Below, piece after piece: positions 56,136 to 64,000 of a stretch of DNA of 64,000 bases. Below the pieces are notes generated by a model, which ran no database searches, had not been told where the DNA came from, and saw nothing but the letters and a program-made list of their open reading frames with translations. This stretch comes from Chloroflexota bacterium (GTDB taxonomy: Bacteria > Chloroflexota > Limnocylindria > Limnocylindrales > CSP1-4). A program made the position numbers and the translations under genes. Position 1 is the first letter of the stretch. Every line of letters starts with the position of its first letter. The stretch is taken from contig JACPOU010000012.1 of the NCBI GenBank assembly GCA_016191345.1, positions 2,528 to 66,527 of the forward strand. The letters are read 5' to 3'.

Positions 56136-57763
56136 CAGCCGGCCAGGGCGCGGGCTGGGTCCGAGGCCGGCGCCCGCCACCGCGCCGCCTCCTCGAGATG
56201 GGCCTCCTCGACGGCCTCTGCGCCTTCGAGGTCCGCGATCGTCCGGGCGACCCGCAGGAGGCGATCCGTGCCGCGTCCCGACAGCCGCTCCAGCTCCGCG
56301 AGCGCCACGGCACTCCCGCGCGTGGCCGGGGTCAGCCGGCAGGCCGTGCGCAGCGCGCGGCCCGAGCTGCGGGCGTTGAGGAGGAAGGGCGGACGCCCGA
56401 GCTGGACCGCGCGGGCCGCGGCGATCCGTGCGGCGACGGTCGCGGAGTCCTCGGGCTCCGTGCCGCCCACGAGCGCCGCCGCGCGGAGGCGCGGCATCCC
56501 GACCCACAGGTCGATCCGGTCGCGGAGGGGTCCCGAGATCCGGCCGACGTAGCGCTCCGGCCCGTAGAGCGGGCAGGTGCACGGGAGATCCGTCCCCGCG
56601 AAGCCGCACCGGCAGGGGTTCATCGCGGCCACGAGCTGGAAGCGGGCCGGCAGGATGGCCTGGCGCGTCGCCCGCGCGATGGCGACGCGGCCCTCCTCGA
56701 GAGGCTGGCGGAGTGCCTCGAGCACGTCCCGGGCGAACTCGGGCAGCTCGTCGAGGAAGAGAACCCCGTGATCCGCCCGAGTGACCTCGCCTGGCAGCAG
56801 CCCCGGACCGCCGCCCACGATCGCGGCGTAGGACGCCGTATGGTGCGGTGCCCGGAACGGCGGCTGGCGGACAAGGGCCCGCACCGCGCGCTCGGCCGAG
56901 ACCGAGGCAACGGTCGTGGCGGCGAGGGCCTCGGCGTCGCCCAGTGGCGGCAGGAGCGTCGGGATGGTCCGGGCCAGGAGCGTCTTGCCGCTCCCCGGGG
57001 GCCCGATGAGCAGGAGCGCGTGACCACCGGCCAGCGCCACCTCGAGCGCGCGGCGGGCCTCCGCCTGCCCGCGGACCTCGGCGAGGTCGGGCGCGGGAGT
57101 CCCCACGCCGTCAAGGACCGGACCCGGGCCGGGCCCGACGCCGGACGCCGGGCCCGGCGGGCCCGGCAGGTCGCCCGCGGTCACCGCGCCGCCCCCGCGA
57201 GCCGTGACGACCTCGGCCAGCTCGACGCGGTTCGGTCGCAGCGGTCCCGCGCGGCGGCGGGCCCGGAGCCGATCCACGGCCTCGCCGAGCGTCGCGCACC
57301 CGATCGCCTCGATACCGGGCACGAGCGCGGCCTCCTCGAGCGAGGCGGACGGCACGAGCGCTCGCGGCACGCCCCGCGCGGCAAGGGCCGCGAGCATCGG
57401 GAGGATCCCCGGCACGGGCCGGACCTCGCTGCCAAGCGAGAGCTCTCCGATGAGCGCCGTCCGGCCGAGCGACGCGGTGAACTGCTCCGAGCCGAGGAGG
57501 ATCCCGATGGCGATGGCGAGGTCCAGGCTGGCGCCGCCCTTGGGCAGGTCCGCCGGGGCGAGGTTCACGGTGATGCGCCGTGCCGGGTGGAGGAACCCCG
57601 CGTTCCGGATCGCGCCGCGGACACGCTCCCGCGCCTCGCGCAGGGACGCATCGGCGAGGCCGACGATCGTGAACCCGGGCAGGCCGGGGGCCACGTCGAC
57701 CTCGACCCGGATCTGGCGGCCGTCGAGGCCGATGAGCGTGGCGGAGAGCAGGGTTGCGAGCAC
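56135..57763 (-). CDS. comM: ComM/YifB Mg-chelatase-like AAA+ ATPase
   Basis: IVGLAD..REARERV, VNLAPADLPK, GPPGSGKT, RAPHH, LFLDELPEF, AAMNPC.CG and RVARTIADL. Confidence 0.92.
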   Translation of the reverse strand: MLATLLSATLIGLDGRQIRVEVDVAPGLPGFTIVGLADASLREARERVRGAIRNAGFLHPARRITVNLAPADLPKGGASLDLAIAIGILLGSEQFTASLGRTALIGELSLGSEVRPVPGILPMLAALAARGVPRALVPSASLEEAALVPGIEAIGCATLGEAVDRLRARRRAGPLRPNRVELAEVVTARGGGAVTAGDLPGPPGPASGVGPGPGPVLDGVGTPAPDLAEVRGQAEARRALEVALAGGHALLLIGPPGSGKTLLARTIPTLLPPLGDAEALAATTVASVSAERAVRALVRQPPFRAPHHTASYAAIVGGGPGLLPGEVTRADHGVLFLDELPEFARDVLEALRQPLEEGRVAIARATRQAILPARFQLVAAMNPCRCGFAGTDLPCTCPLYGPERYVGRISGPLRDRIDLWVGMPRLRAAALVGGTEPEDSATVAARIAAARAVQLGRPPFLLNARSSGRALRTACRLTPATRGSAVALAELERLSGRGTDRLLRVARTIADLEGAEAVEEAHLEEAARWRAPASDPARALAG

Positions 57764-57869
57764 GGGCGGAACCGTACCCGGAGGCCCTTATCGGCCGATC
57801 ACCTGTCGGCCATGCGCCGCGGCCTGCCGGCCGCGCCCGGCGCATTCGGCACCGCGCGCCGCCGCAGGC

Positions 57870-59039
57870 TCAGCGCGCGACGGACTTCGCGGGGGCCGCC
57901 GGCGCGTGGATCTTGTCGATCGTGGCCGCCATCGCCGCGACCTCGCGGCCGAGCGGCGAATCCGCCTTCGTGAAGGCGAACGGCGAGCCCGAATTCTGGG
58001 CGCTGATCGCGACCCGGTACTCGTTCGCGATCTTGTACTCGAAGGGCCGCTTCAGGGCGCCCTCGGCAGCCTGGATGCTGATCCCCGTGAAGGCATTCGA
58101 GCGGTTGAGGAGGAGCTTGACCTTGCTCTGCTCGTAGCCGATCCGGCCGAGAGCCTCCAGCACGAGGCGGACGTTCTTCAGGCAGGAGAGGTCCGCGGTC
58201 ATGACGACGAAGATCATGTCGGCGTGGTCGAGGACCGAGAGGGTGAGGTCGCCGAGCCGCTTCTCCACGTCGACGACGACGTAGTCATACATCGTCCGGA
58301 GCTGGGCCAGGGACTGCGACATCTGGCTCTCGTGGACGAGGTCGCTCTCCTCCGGGTTCGGCGGGGCCAGCAGGAGGTCCACCCCGGAGTCGTGGCGGAC
58401 GACGACCGACTTCAGGAGGTCGGCGTCGATGGCGGGGGCATTCACGACGTCGGCGATGCTCTTGCGGTCGTTGCCGAGATCGAGGAAGACCCGGTGGTCG
58501 CCGAACTGCAGCACGCCGTCCACGAGCGCGACGCGCCGGTGCTGCTCCTGGTGGAGCGAGATCGCGGTGTTGATCGCGAGGGTCGTGGTCCCCACGCCGC
58601 CCTTGGCCCCATAGAAGGCCAGCAGCTTGCCGAGCGGCGGACGTCCGCCGCCCGTGCCCTCGCGCGCGCCGAAGCGGGCGAGGAGGCTCTTCATCCGGGC
58701 GAGGAGCTCGGCCTGGTGGAAGGGCTTGACGAGGTAATCGTCCGCACCGGCACGCAGGCCCCGGACCTTCTGCTCGACCTCCTTCTCGGCGGTCAGCATG
58801 ATGATCGGGACGTGGGTCTCCTGGCCCTCGACCTCGCGGATCCTGGTCGCCACCGCGTAGCCGTCGACCTTCGGCAGCGTGACGTCGAGCAGGATGAGGT
58901 CTGGCGCGTCCGCCTCCCAGAGCCGGAGGCCCTCGGTGCCGTCACCCGCGACGACGACCTCGAAGCCTTCCTGCTTCAGGGTGACGCGAAGGAGGCGCTG
59001 GACGTTCGGGTCGTCGTCGACGACGAGGATCTTGGTCAT
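57870..59039 (-). CDS. Response-regulator receiver fused to a CpaE/TadZ (MinD/ParA-like) ATPase
   Basis: REC domain (VVDDD, LLDVTLP, MLTA, KPF) followed by GAKGGVGTTTLA and DYVVVD. Confidence 0.88.
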   Translation of the reverse strand: MTKILVVDDDPNVQRLLRVTLKQEGFEVVVAGDGTEGLRLWEADAPDLILLDVTLPKVDGYAVATRIREVEGQETHVPIIMLTAEKEVEQKVRGLRAGADDYLVKPFHQAELLARMKSLLARFGAREGTGGGRPPLGKLLAFYGAKGGVGTTTLAINTAISLHQEQHRRVALVDGVLQFGDHRVFLDLGNDRKSIADVVNAPAIDADLLKSVVVRHDSGVDLLLAPPNPEESDLVHESQMSQSLAQLRTMYDYVVVDVEKRLGDLTLSVLDHADMIFVVMTADLSCLKNVRLVLEALGRIGYEQSKVKLLLNRSNAFTGISIQAAEGALKRPFEYKIANEYRVAISAQNSGSPFAFTKADSPLGREVAAMAATIDKIHAPAAPAKSVAR

Positions 59040-60082
59040 GCCGGGTGGTCAGCCTCCGCGCGGAGCGACGGCCCGTCGGATTCGTCCGACGCCCCCGTCG
59101 CGGCCGAGGCGAGTATACCGACCGGCGCATCGCGGTCCCGCGCCGTTTCGAAGGCCCGCCGGAGGAAGGCGCTGACCCGCTCGTCCCAGGCGTCGCCGGC
59201 GGCCCGGCGTCCGGCCGCGTGGGCCGCGCCCGGGACCATCCAGGTCTCCGTCCCCTCGGGCGCTGCCGCGATCAGGCGGCGGGCTTCGGGCGGCGGGACG
59301 GTCGTGTCGGCGTCGCCGTGGATGAGGAGCAGCGGAAGGTCCTCGAGGAGCCCGACGAGCCGCACCGGCTCCGTCGATCGCAGGTCCTCGCCCACAAGCT
59401 GCGCCGCGATCGTGAACGCGCGACGGGCGAGGGCATGGCGCAGGAACGTCGGTCCGCGCAGCCGGTTCGCGACGACCGTCGGCAGCTCGGCGGTGACCGC
59501 CTCCGCGACGATCCCGGCGATCTGGGGTCGTGGCGCGGGGGACGTCAGCTTCGGCGCGTCCGCATCCGAATCGGCCGAGGCGAGGCCGCCGTCGCCGAGG
59601 ATCACGGCCGCGGCGATGGCGGTGATCCCGCCCATCGACGTTCCGACGAGGGCCACGCGCCGGATGCCGCGCTCCCCGAGCCAGGCGAGCGCCCCGCCGA
59701 CGTCGTCGACCTCGCGCAGCCCGAAGGTCGTCAGACTCGCGTCGGAGCCGCCGTGGCCCCGGAAGTCGAGGCCGAGCACGCCGGCCGTCCGCCGGAGGGT
59801 CGGGCCGTACTCGACGAGGTCCGGCGTGACGGACCCCGAGTAGCCGTGAAGGAGGAGGATCGCCTCCCGCGGATCCGGCTTCCAGCCCGCGCCAGAGCCG
59901 GCTCCGGGACCGGCGGCGTCGCGATCGGCGTCCAGCCAGCGGCCCGCAAGCCGGACCCCGTCGCGCGACACGAGCCGGACGACCTCGCCGCCGAGGCGGT
60001 CCAGCGCCGGCTTGAGCGCCGCCTCCTCCGGCCGCGTCCGGGGCGCGTCCAGCATCCGCCTGGCGATGCGCCCGGCGATCAC
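59036..60082 (-). CDS. Alpha/beta hydrolase
   Basis: LLHGY, DFRGHG.S, GTSMGG nucleophile elbow, HGDAD..VP and GAAH. Start approximate (GTG 60082). Confidence 0.85.
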   Translation of the reverse strand: MIAGRIARRMLDAPRTRPEEAALKPALDRLGGEVVRLVSRDGVRLAGRWLDADRDAAGPGAGSGAGWKPDPREAILLLHGYSGSVTPDLVEYGPTLRRTAGVLGLDFRGHGGSDASLTTFGLREVDDVGGALAWLGERGIRRVALVGTSMGGITAIAAAVILGDGGLASADSDADAPKLTSPAPRPQIAGIVAEAVTAELPTVVANRLRGPTFLRHALARRAFTIAAQLVGEDLRSTEPVRLVGLLEDLPLLLIHGDADTTVPPPEARRLIAAAPEGTETWMVPGAAHAAGRRAAGDAWDERVSAFLRRAFETARDRDAPVGILASAATGASDESDGPSLRAEADHPA

Positions 60083-60092
60083 CGGGCGGTCG

Positions 60093-60998
60093 TCACGGGC
60101 GGGAGCCGCCGCCGCCCTCGTCGGCGCCCATGCCCCGGGCAAGGATGCCCGTGAACGGCTCGATGAGGCGGGTGAACTCGGTCGGGATGACGAACTTCGT
60201 CGACGGGCTCGCCCCCAGCGCCTTGAGCGCCTCGAGGTACTGGAGGGCCATCGTCTTCTGGTCGATGCCCTTGGCCGCCGAGAAGATCTGCTGGAGCGCC
60301 TCGGAGAAGCCCTGGGCCCGGAGGATCGCCGCCTGGCGATCGCCCTCGGCCTTCAGGATCTCGCCCTGCTTCGTGCCCTCGGCGACATTGATGGCGGCCT
60401 GCCGGGTGCCCTCCGATTCGGTGATCACGGCGCGCCGGGTGCGCTCGGCGGAGAGCTGGCGGTTCATCGCGTCCTGGACGTCGCGCGGCGGCGTGATCTC
60501 CCGGATCTCGACCGTCGTGACCTTGCCACCCCAGCGCTCGGTGACCTCGTCCAGCTTGGTCCGGAGAACCTCGTTGATCTGCTCCCGCTTCGAGAGGACC
60601 TCGTCGAGCGGGATGTCGCCGATGACGGCGCGAAGGGTCGTCGCCGCGACGCCGAGGAGCATGTCGTCGAGGCGCTGCGGCGCCAGGACGCTGGTCAGCG
60701 GGTCCGCGATCCGCCAGTAGACGAGGAAGTCGACCTCGATCGGGGCGTTGTCGCGGGTGATCGTCCGCTGGCTCGGGACCTCGGTCAGGGTCTCCCGGAG
60801 GTCGATCTTCACGGGCCGGTCGATGATCGGGATGAGGAAGTTGATCCCCGCCCCACGGACCATCGAGGCGTCCGTCCGGCCCAGCCGGAACACGACCATC
60901 TTCTCGTACTGCTGGACGATCCGGACCGACAGGTAGAGCAGCACGAGCAGGACCACGACGAGGAACGCCGCGATCGAGAGCGTGAGCGGGAATTCCAT
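60093..60998 (-). CDS. SPFH/band 7 (stomatin-like) protein
   Basis: VVFRLG, ITRDN, TTLRAVIG, AM.RQ.SAER.RRA; paired with nfeD. Confidence 0.93.
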   Translation of the reverse strand: MEFPLTLSIAAFLVVVLLVLLYLSVRIVQQYEKMVVFRLGRTDASMVRGAGINFLIPIIDRPVKIDLRETLTEVPSQRTITRDNAPIEVDFLVYWRIADPLTSVLAPQRLDDMLLGVAATTLRAVIGDIPLDEVLSKREQINEVLRTKLDEVTERWGGKVTTVEIREITPPRDVQDAMNRQLSAERTRRAVITESEGTRQAAINVAEGTKQGEILKAEGDRQAAILRAQGFSEALQQIFSAAKGIDQKTMALQYLEALKALGASPSTKFVIPTEFTRLIEPFTGILARGMGADEGGGGSRP

Positions 60999-61029
60999 GC
61001 GATGCCTCCTCTGCTGCCCGGCCGGCGGC

Positions 61030-62382
61030 TCAGGCAGGACTCGATGATGACGGGTCCGGCTCGACGACGAGCGTCAGGCCCTCGATGCGCACGACCCGGA
61101 CCGCCGTTCCCCGTCCGAGCGGCAGGCCATCCAGCGACTTTGCCGACCATTCCTCGCCGCTGGCGTGGACGGTCCCGATCGGGCCGAGCGTCGATCTGAC
61201 CTCGCCGCGGGTGCCCGTCGGGACGGCGACCGCCCCGGCGTATGGGGTCGTGCCGATCCGCCGGCTGCGCAGCGCACCCCAGGCGATGAACCCGGCGAAC
61301 GCCGCGGTCGTGAGGGTGGTCACGGCGAGGAGCGGGGCGCCGACGCTGAGGAGCGGCGCCATCGGGTCGCCGGGGGCCGTGTAGAGCGCAGAGGCGCCCA
61401 GCACGAAGGCGACGAGCCCGCCGACCGTCAGCAGGCCGTGGCTCGTGACGGTCGTCTCGAGCGCGAAGAGGACGATCGCGAGCCCGAGCAGCAGCAGCCC
61501 GGCGATGTTGAGCGGCAGGCTCCCGAACCCGACGAGCGCGAGGATGATCGCGAAGGCCCCGAGGACCCCGGTCACGAAGTTCGGGCTCTGGAGCTCGAAG
61601 ATCAGCCCGTAGAAGCCGATCGTGAAGAGGATGAAGGCGATGTTCGGGTCGGACAGGAGGTGCAGGAAGCCCTGGAACGGGTTCATCCCGTCCTCGCGGA
61701 CCGCCACGCCGCTGAAGTCGAGGGTCCGCGCCGCGCCGGCGACCGTGACGGTTCGCCCGGACGCGGCCGCGAAGACGTCCTCGAGGGACGACGCGATGCC
61801 GTCCACCGCGCCGACCGCCACGGCCTCGTTGGCCGCCGACGAGCGCGCCTCGGCCACGGTCGCGACCGCCCATGCCTCGTTGCGGCCGCGCTCCTGGGCG
61901 ATCGCCCGCATCTTCGCGATCGCGTCGTTGCGGACCTTGTCACCGAGCGTGCCGCCGATGTCGCCGCCGTTCGAATCCACCGGCGAGGCCGCCCCGATGT
62001 TCGTGCCCGGGGCCATGTAGGCGAGGTTCGCGGCGAGCGTGATGAACGTGCCGGCCGACGCGGCCCGCGCGCCGGCCGGGGCGACCCAGACGATCGTCGG
62101 GACGCGGGCCTCGAGCAGGGCGGTCACGATGCGCTGCGTGGCGTCGAGGCTGCCGCCGGGCGTGTCCAGCTCGATGACCACCGCCGCGACGCCGTCCCGC
62201 TCCGCGCCGGCGATGCCCTCCGCGAGGTAGCCCGCCACGACGTTGTCCACGACGCCGGTTGCGCGCAGGACCACGACCGTCGCGGGTTCCACGGCAACGC
62301 TCGAGCCGGCGACGAGGAATCCCGCGACGGCGGCCACGACGGCCGCGGCGCGGAGCCGGCGAGCGAGGCGAGCGGTGATCAA
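61030..62382 (-). CDS. nfeD: NfeD family membrane-bound serine protease
   Basis: LDTPGG, RAASAG, MAPGTNIGAASP, TM region and C-terminal OB domain GEEWSA. Confidence 0.92.
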   Translation of the reverse strand: MITARLARRLRAAAVVAAVAGFLVAGSSVAVEPATVVVLRATGVVDNVVAGYLAEGIAGAERDGVAAVVIELDTPGGSLDATQRIVTALLEARVPTIVWVAPAGARAASAGTFITLAANLAYMAPGTNIGAASPVDSNGGDIGGTLGDKVRNDAIAKMRAIAQERGRNEAWAVATVAEARSSAANEAVAVGAVDGIASSLEDVFAAASGRTVTVAGAARTLDFSGVAVREDGMNPFQGFLHLLSDPNIAFILFTIGFYGLIFELQSPNFVTGVLGAFAIILALVGFGSLPLNIAGLLLLGLAIVLFALETTVTSHGLLTVGGLVAFVLGASALYTAPGDPMAPLLSVGAPLLAVTTLTTAAFAGFIAWGALRSRRIGTTPYAGAVAVPTGTRGEVRSTLGPIGTVHASGEEWSAKSLDGLPLGRGTAVRVVRIEGLTLVVEPDPSSSSPA

Positions 62383-62436
62383 GGGTTCAGTCCGATCCCA
62401 GTATGCGCCCGTGCCGGAAGCGTGACGCTCCGGTCT

Positions 62437-63027
62437 TCAGCCGGCGCCGCCGTCGGCGAGGAACGCGACGACGAGGGCGCTCCACGTCTCCATCCGGTCG
62501 ATGACGGCCTCGACCTCCTCGGGCGTGGCGAAGGCACCGCTGAGCTTGTGCGTCTCGCGGATCGCGACCGCCCGACCGGCGGCCTGGGCGACATAGACGG
62601 CCCCGAGATGGACCGAGCCGACCTCGGTGGTGTCGTCGTTGAGGAGCCCGATGAGGCGGAAGCCGGGCACGAAGGCCGCGTCGAGCTCCTCGGCCCACTC
62701 CCGTCGGAGGCCCGCCAGGAGCCCGCCGTCGCCCGGATTGAGGTGGCCGCCGATCCCGATCGAATAGCGCTCGTGGAGGCGGGCGTCCGTGCCGGCGCTG
62801 GTGCGCCGCATGAGGAACGTCCGCTCGGCATCGCGGAGGACGAGGTACGGGATGACCTGCTTCGTGGACCGGTCGTTTTCCGCCTCGGTCCGGTCGCGGA
62901 AGGTGCCGTGCCTCGCGACGAGCGCCTCGAACGCCCCGATGCCGTCGGTCCTGATCCCGTGCCAGCCCGGGTCCGGCATCAGCACCGCCCGCGGGATGAC
63001 CAGGACGCGCTCGGGGGCCCCGCCCAT
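62437..63027 (-). CDS. Nudix-fold phosphoesterase
   Basis: KQVIPY, YSIGIGGHLN, GLRREWAEEL, ND...VGSVHLG and METWS. Confidence 0.8.
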   Translation of the reverse strand: MGGAPERVLVIPRAVLMPDPGWHGIRTDGIGAFEALVARHGTFRDRTEAENDRSTKQVIPYLVLRDAERTFLMRRTSAGTDARLHERYSIGIGGHLNPGDGGLLAGLRREWAEELDAAFVPGFRLIGLLNDDTTEVGSVHLGAVYVAQAAGRAVAIRETHKLSGAFATPEEVEAVIDRMETWSALVVAFLADGGAG

Positions 63028-63049
63028 GCGGATCGATCCGGTGCCGGGC

Positions 63050-63967
63050 TCAGCCGGAAGCCGGCGGGGCCGAGGCTTCGAGGCGCTCGCGGACGGCGCG
63101 CAGGCGCGCCTCCAGCGCCTCTGCGCGCGCCGCGTCTCCCCCGCCGTCGACCTCGAGCTCGTGGATCCAGGCGTCCAGGACGTCGCGGACCCGTCGGAGG
63201 GCCACCGCCAGTGCCGCGCTGTTCGTCGCCGCGATGCCGGCCCCCATCCGGGCGTCGCCCCGGGCCAGGCGGGTCATGTCCCGCCAGCCGGTTGCCGCCA
63301 GCGTCGCGGCGGCGGGCCAGTCCTCGCGTTGCGCCGAGCCGCCCGCGATCGCCTCGACCAACGCAGCCGCCACGACGAGCGGGGCGTGGCTGATCGCGGC
63401 GACCGCGCGATCGTGGTCGGCGGCCAGCATCCGGACCGGCCGTGCGCCGCAGGCGGCAGCCAGCCACTCGACCCGCGCAAGGGCCGGGCCGTCGTCGAGC
63501 GTCATCGCCCCCGGCACGATGACCCAGGGCCGGCCCTCGAAGAGCCGGGCATCCGCGGCCCCGTAGCCGGACTTCTCGCGGCCCGCCATCGGGTGACCGC
63601 CGACGAAGCGGACCGACGCCGCGTCCGCGGCCGCCACGATCCGTAGCTTCGTGCTCGAGACGTCGGTGACCACCGCGTCCGGCGCCAAGGTCCCGCGCAG
63701 ATCAGCCCCGAACCGCTCCACGAGTGCGAGCGTCTCGAGGGGCGGGGCGCCGAGGATGACGAGATCCGCGCCGTCGAGGGCTTCGTCGATGCTCGCCGCG
63801 ACGCGGTCGAGGGTCCCCCCGGCTGCGGCGGCCTCGGGCCCGGCGTTGGTGGGACTCCAGGCAATCAGCTCGGCCCCCGCCGCCGCATCACGGAGCGCCC
63901 TGGCGATCGAGCCGGCGATGAGGCCGAGGCCGAGGAACGCGACGCGGGCGGGCGGCCCGTCCGTCAC
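63050..63967 (-). CDS. tyrA: Prephenate/arogenate dehydrogenase
   Basis: GLGLIAGS, DVSSTK, GGHPMAGRE.SG, HDRAVA.ISHAP and WRDMTRLA. Confidence 0.92.
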   Translation of the reverse strand: MTDGPPARVAFLGLGLIAGSIARALRDAAAGAELIAWSPTNAGPEAAAAGGTLDRVAASIDEALDGADLVILGAPPLETLALVERFGADLRGTLAPDAVVTDVSSTKLRIVAAADAASVRFVGGHPMAGREKSGYGAADARLFEGRPWVIVPGAMTLDDGPALARVEWLAAACGARPVRMLAADHDRAVAAISHAPLVVAAALVEAIAGGSAQREDWPAAATLAATGWRDMTRLARGDARMGAGIAATNSAALAVALRRVRDVLDAWIHELEVDGGGDAARAEALEARLRAVRERLEASAPPASG

Positions 63968-64000
63968 TCGAGCCAGCCGCTGCTGTCCCGGCCGCCGGGC

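Noticed and set aside
63964-64000. 3' end of an upstream minus-strand gene overlapping the tyrA start
   Set aside because: Only about 12 codons are visible, so it cannot be identified.

Overview
This is a very GC-rich bacterial chromosome segment (roughly 70-75% GC by eye). Gene content and order suggest Chloroflexota, possibly Limnocylindria/Ellin6529-like; that placement is an inference. Nearly all real genes are on the minus strand, and most long plus-strand ORFs in the track are antisense shadows. In minus-strand reading order the housekeeping blocks are: tyrA-nudix-nfeD-SPFH-hydrolase-REC/CpaE-comM-dprA; an Ig/CAP surface protein; topA-xerC-murJ-fem-fem-murE-rel; vapBC; hisS-aspS; typA-iscS-mnmA-alaS-(FtsA-like)-(baseplate-J-like)-ruvX-mltG-pepP-efp; and xseA-xseB-[accessory insert]-dxs-nitrilase-tlyA-nadK-recN-xerD-...-scpAB-rluB-ABC. 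Main points of interest: (1) an FtsA-like actin ATPase with no adjacent ftsZ, coupled to a membrane-anchored protein with a phage baseplate-J-like domain, inside the alaS-ruvX-mltG operon; (2) a 225-nt inverted element made of two equal-length 65-nt units between hisS and aspS, plus tandem, direct and inverted repeats around hisS; (3) a lower-GC ApeA-like HEPN defence gene next to a zinc-ribbon adenylate cyclase; (4) an EF-P with an atypical MGRG loop, convergent with an orphan PGM1-like ATP-grasp ligase; (5) a murJ-fem-fem-murE(EDPR) cell-wall cluster; (6) widespread leaderless-type promoters. I saw no rRNA, tRNA, CRISPR array or transposase.
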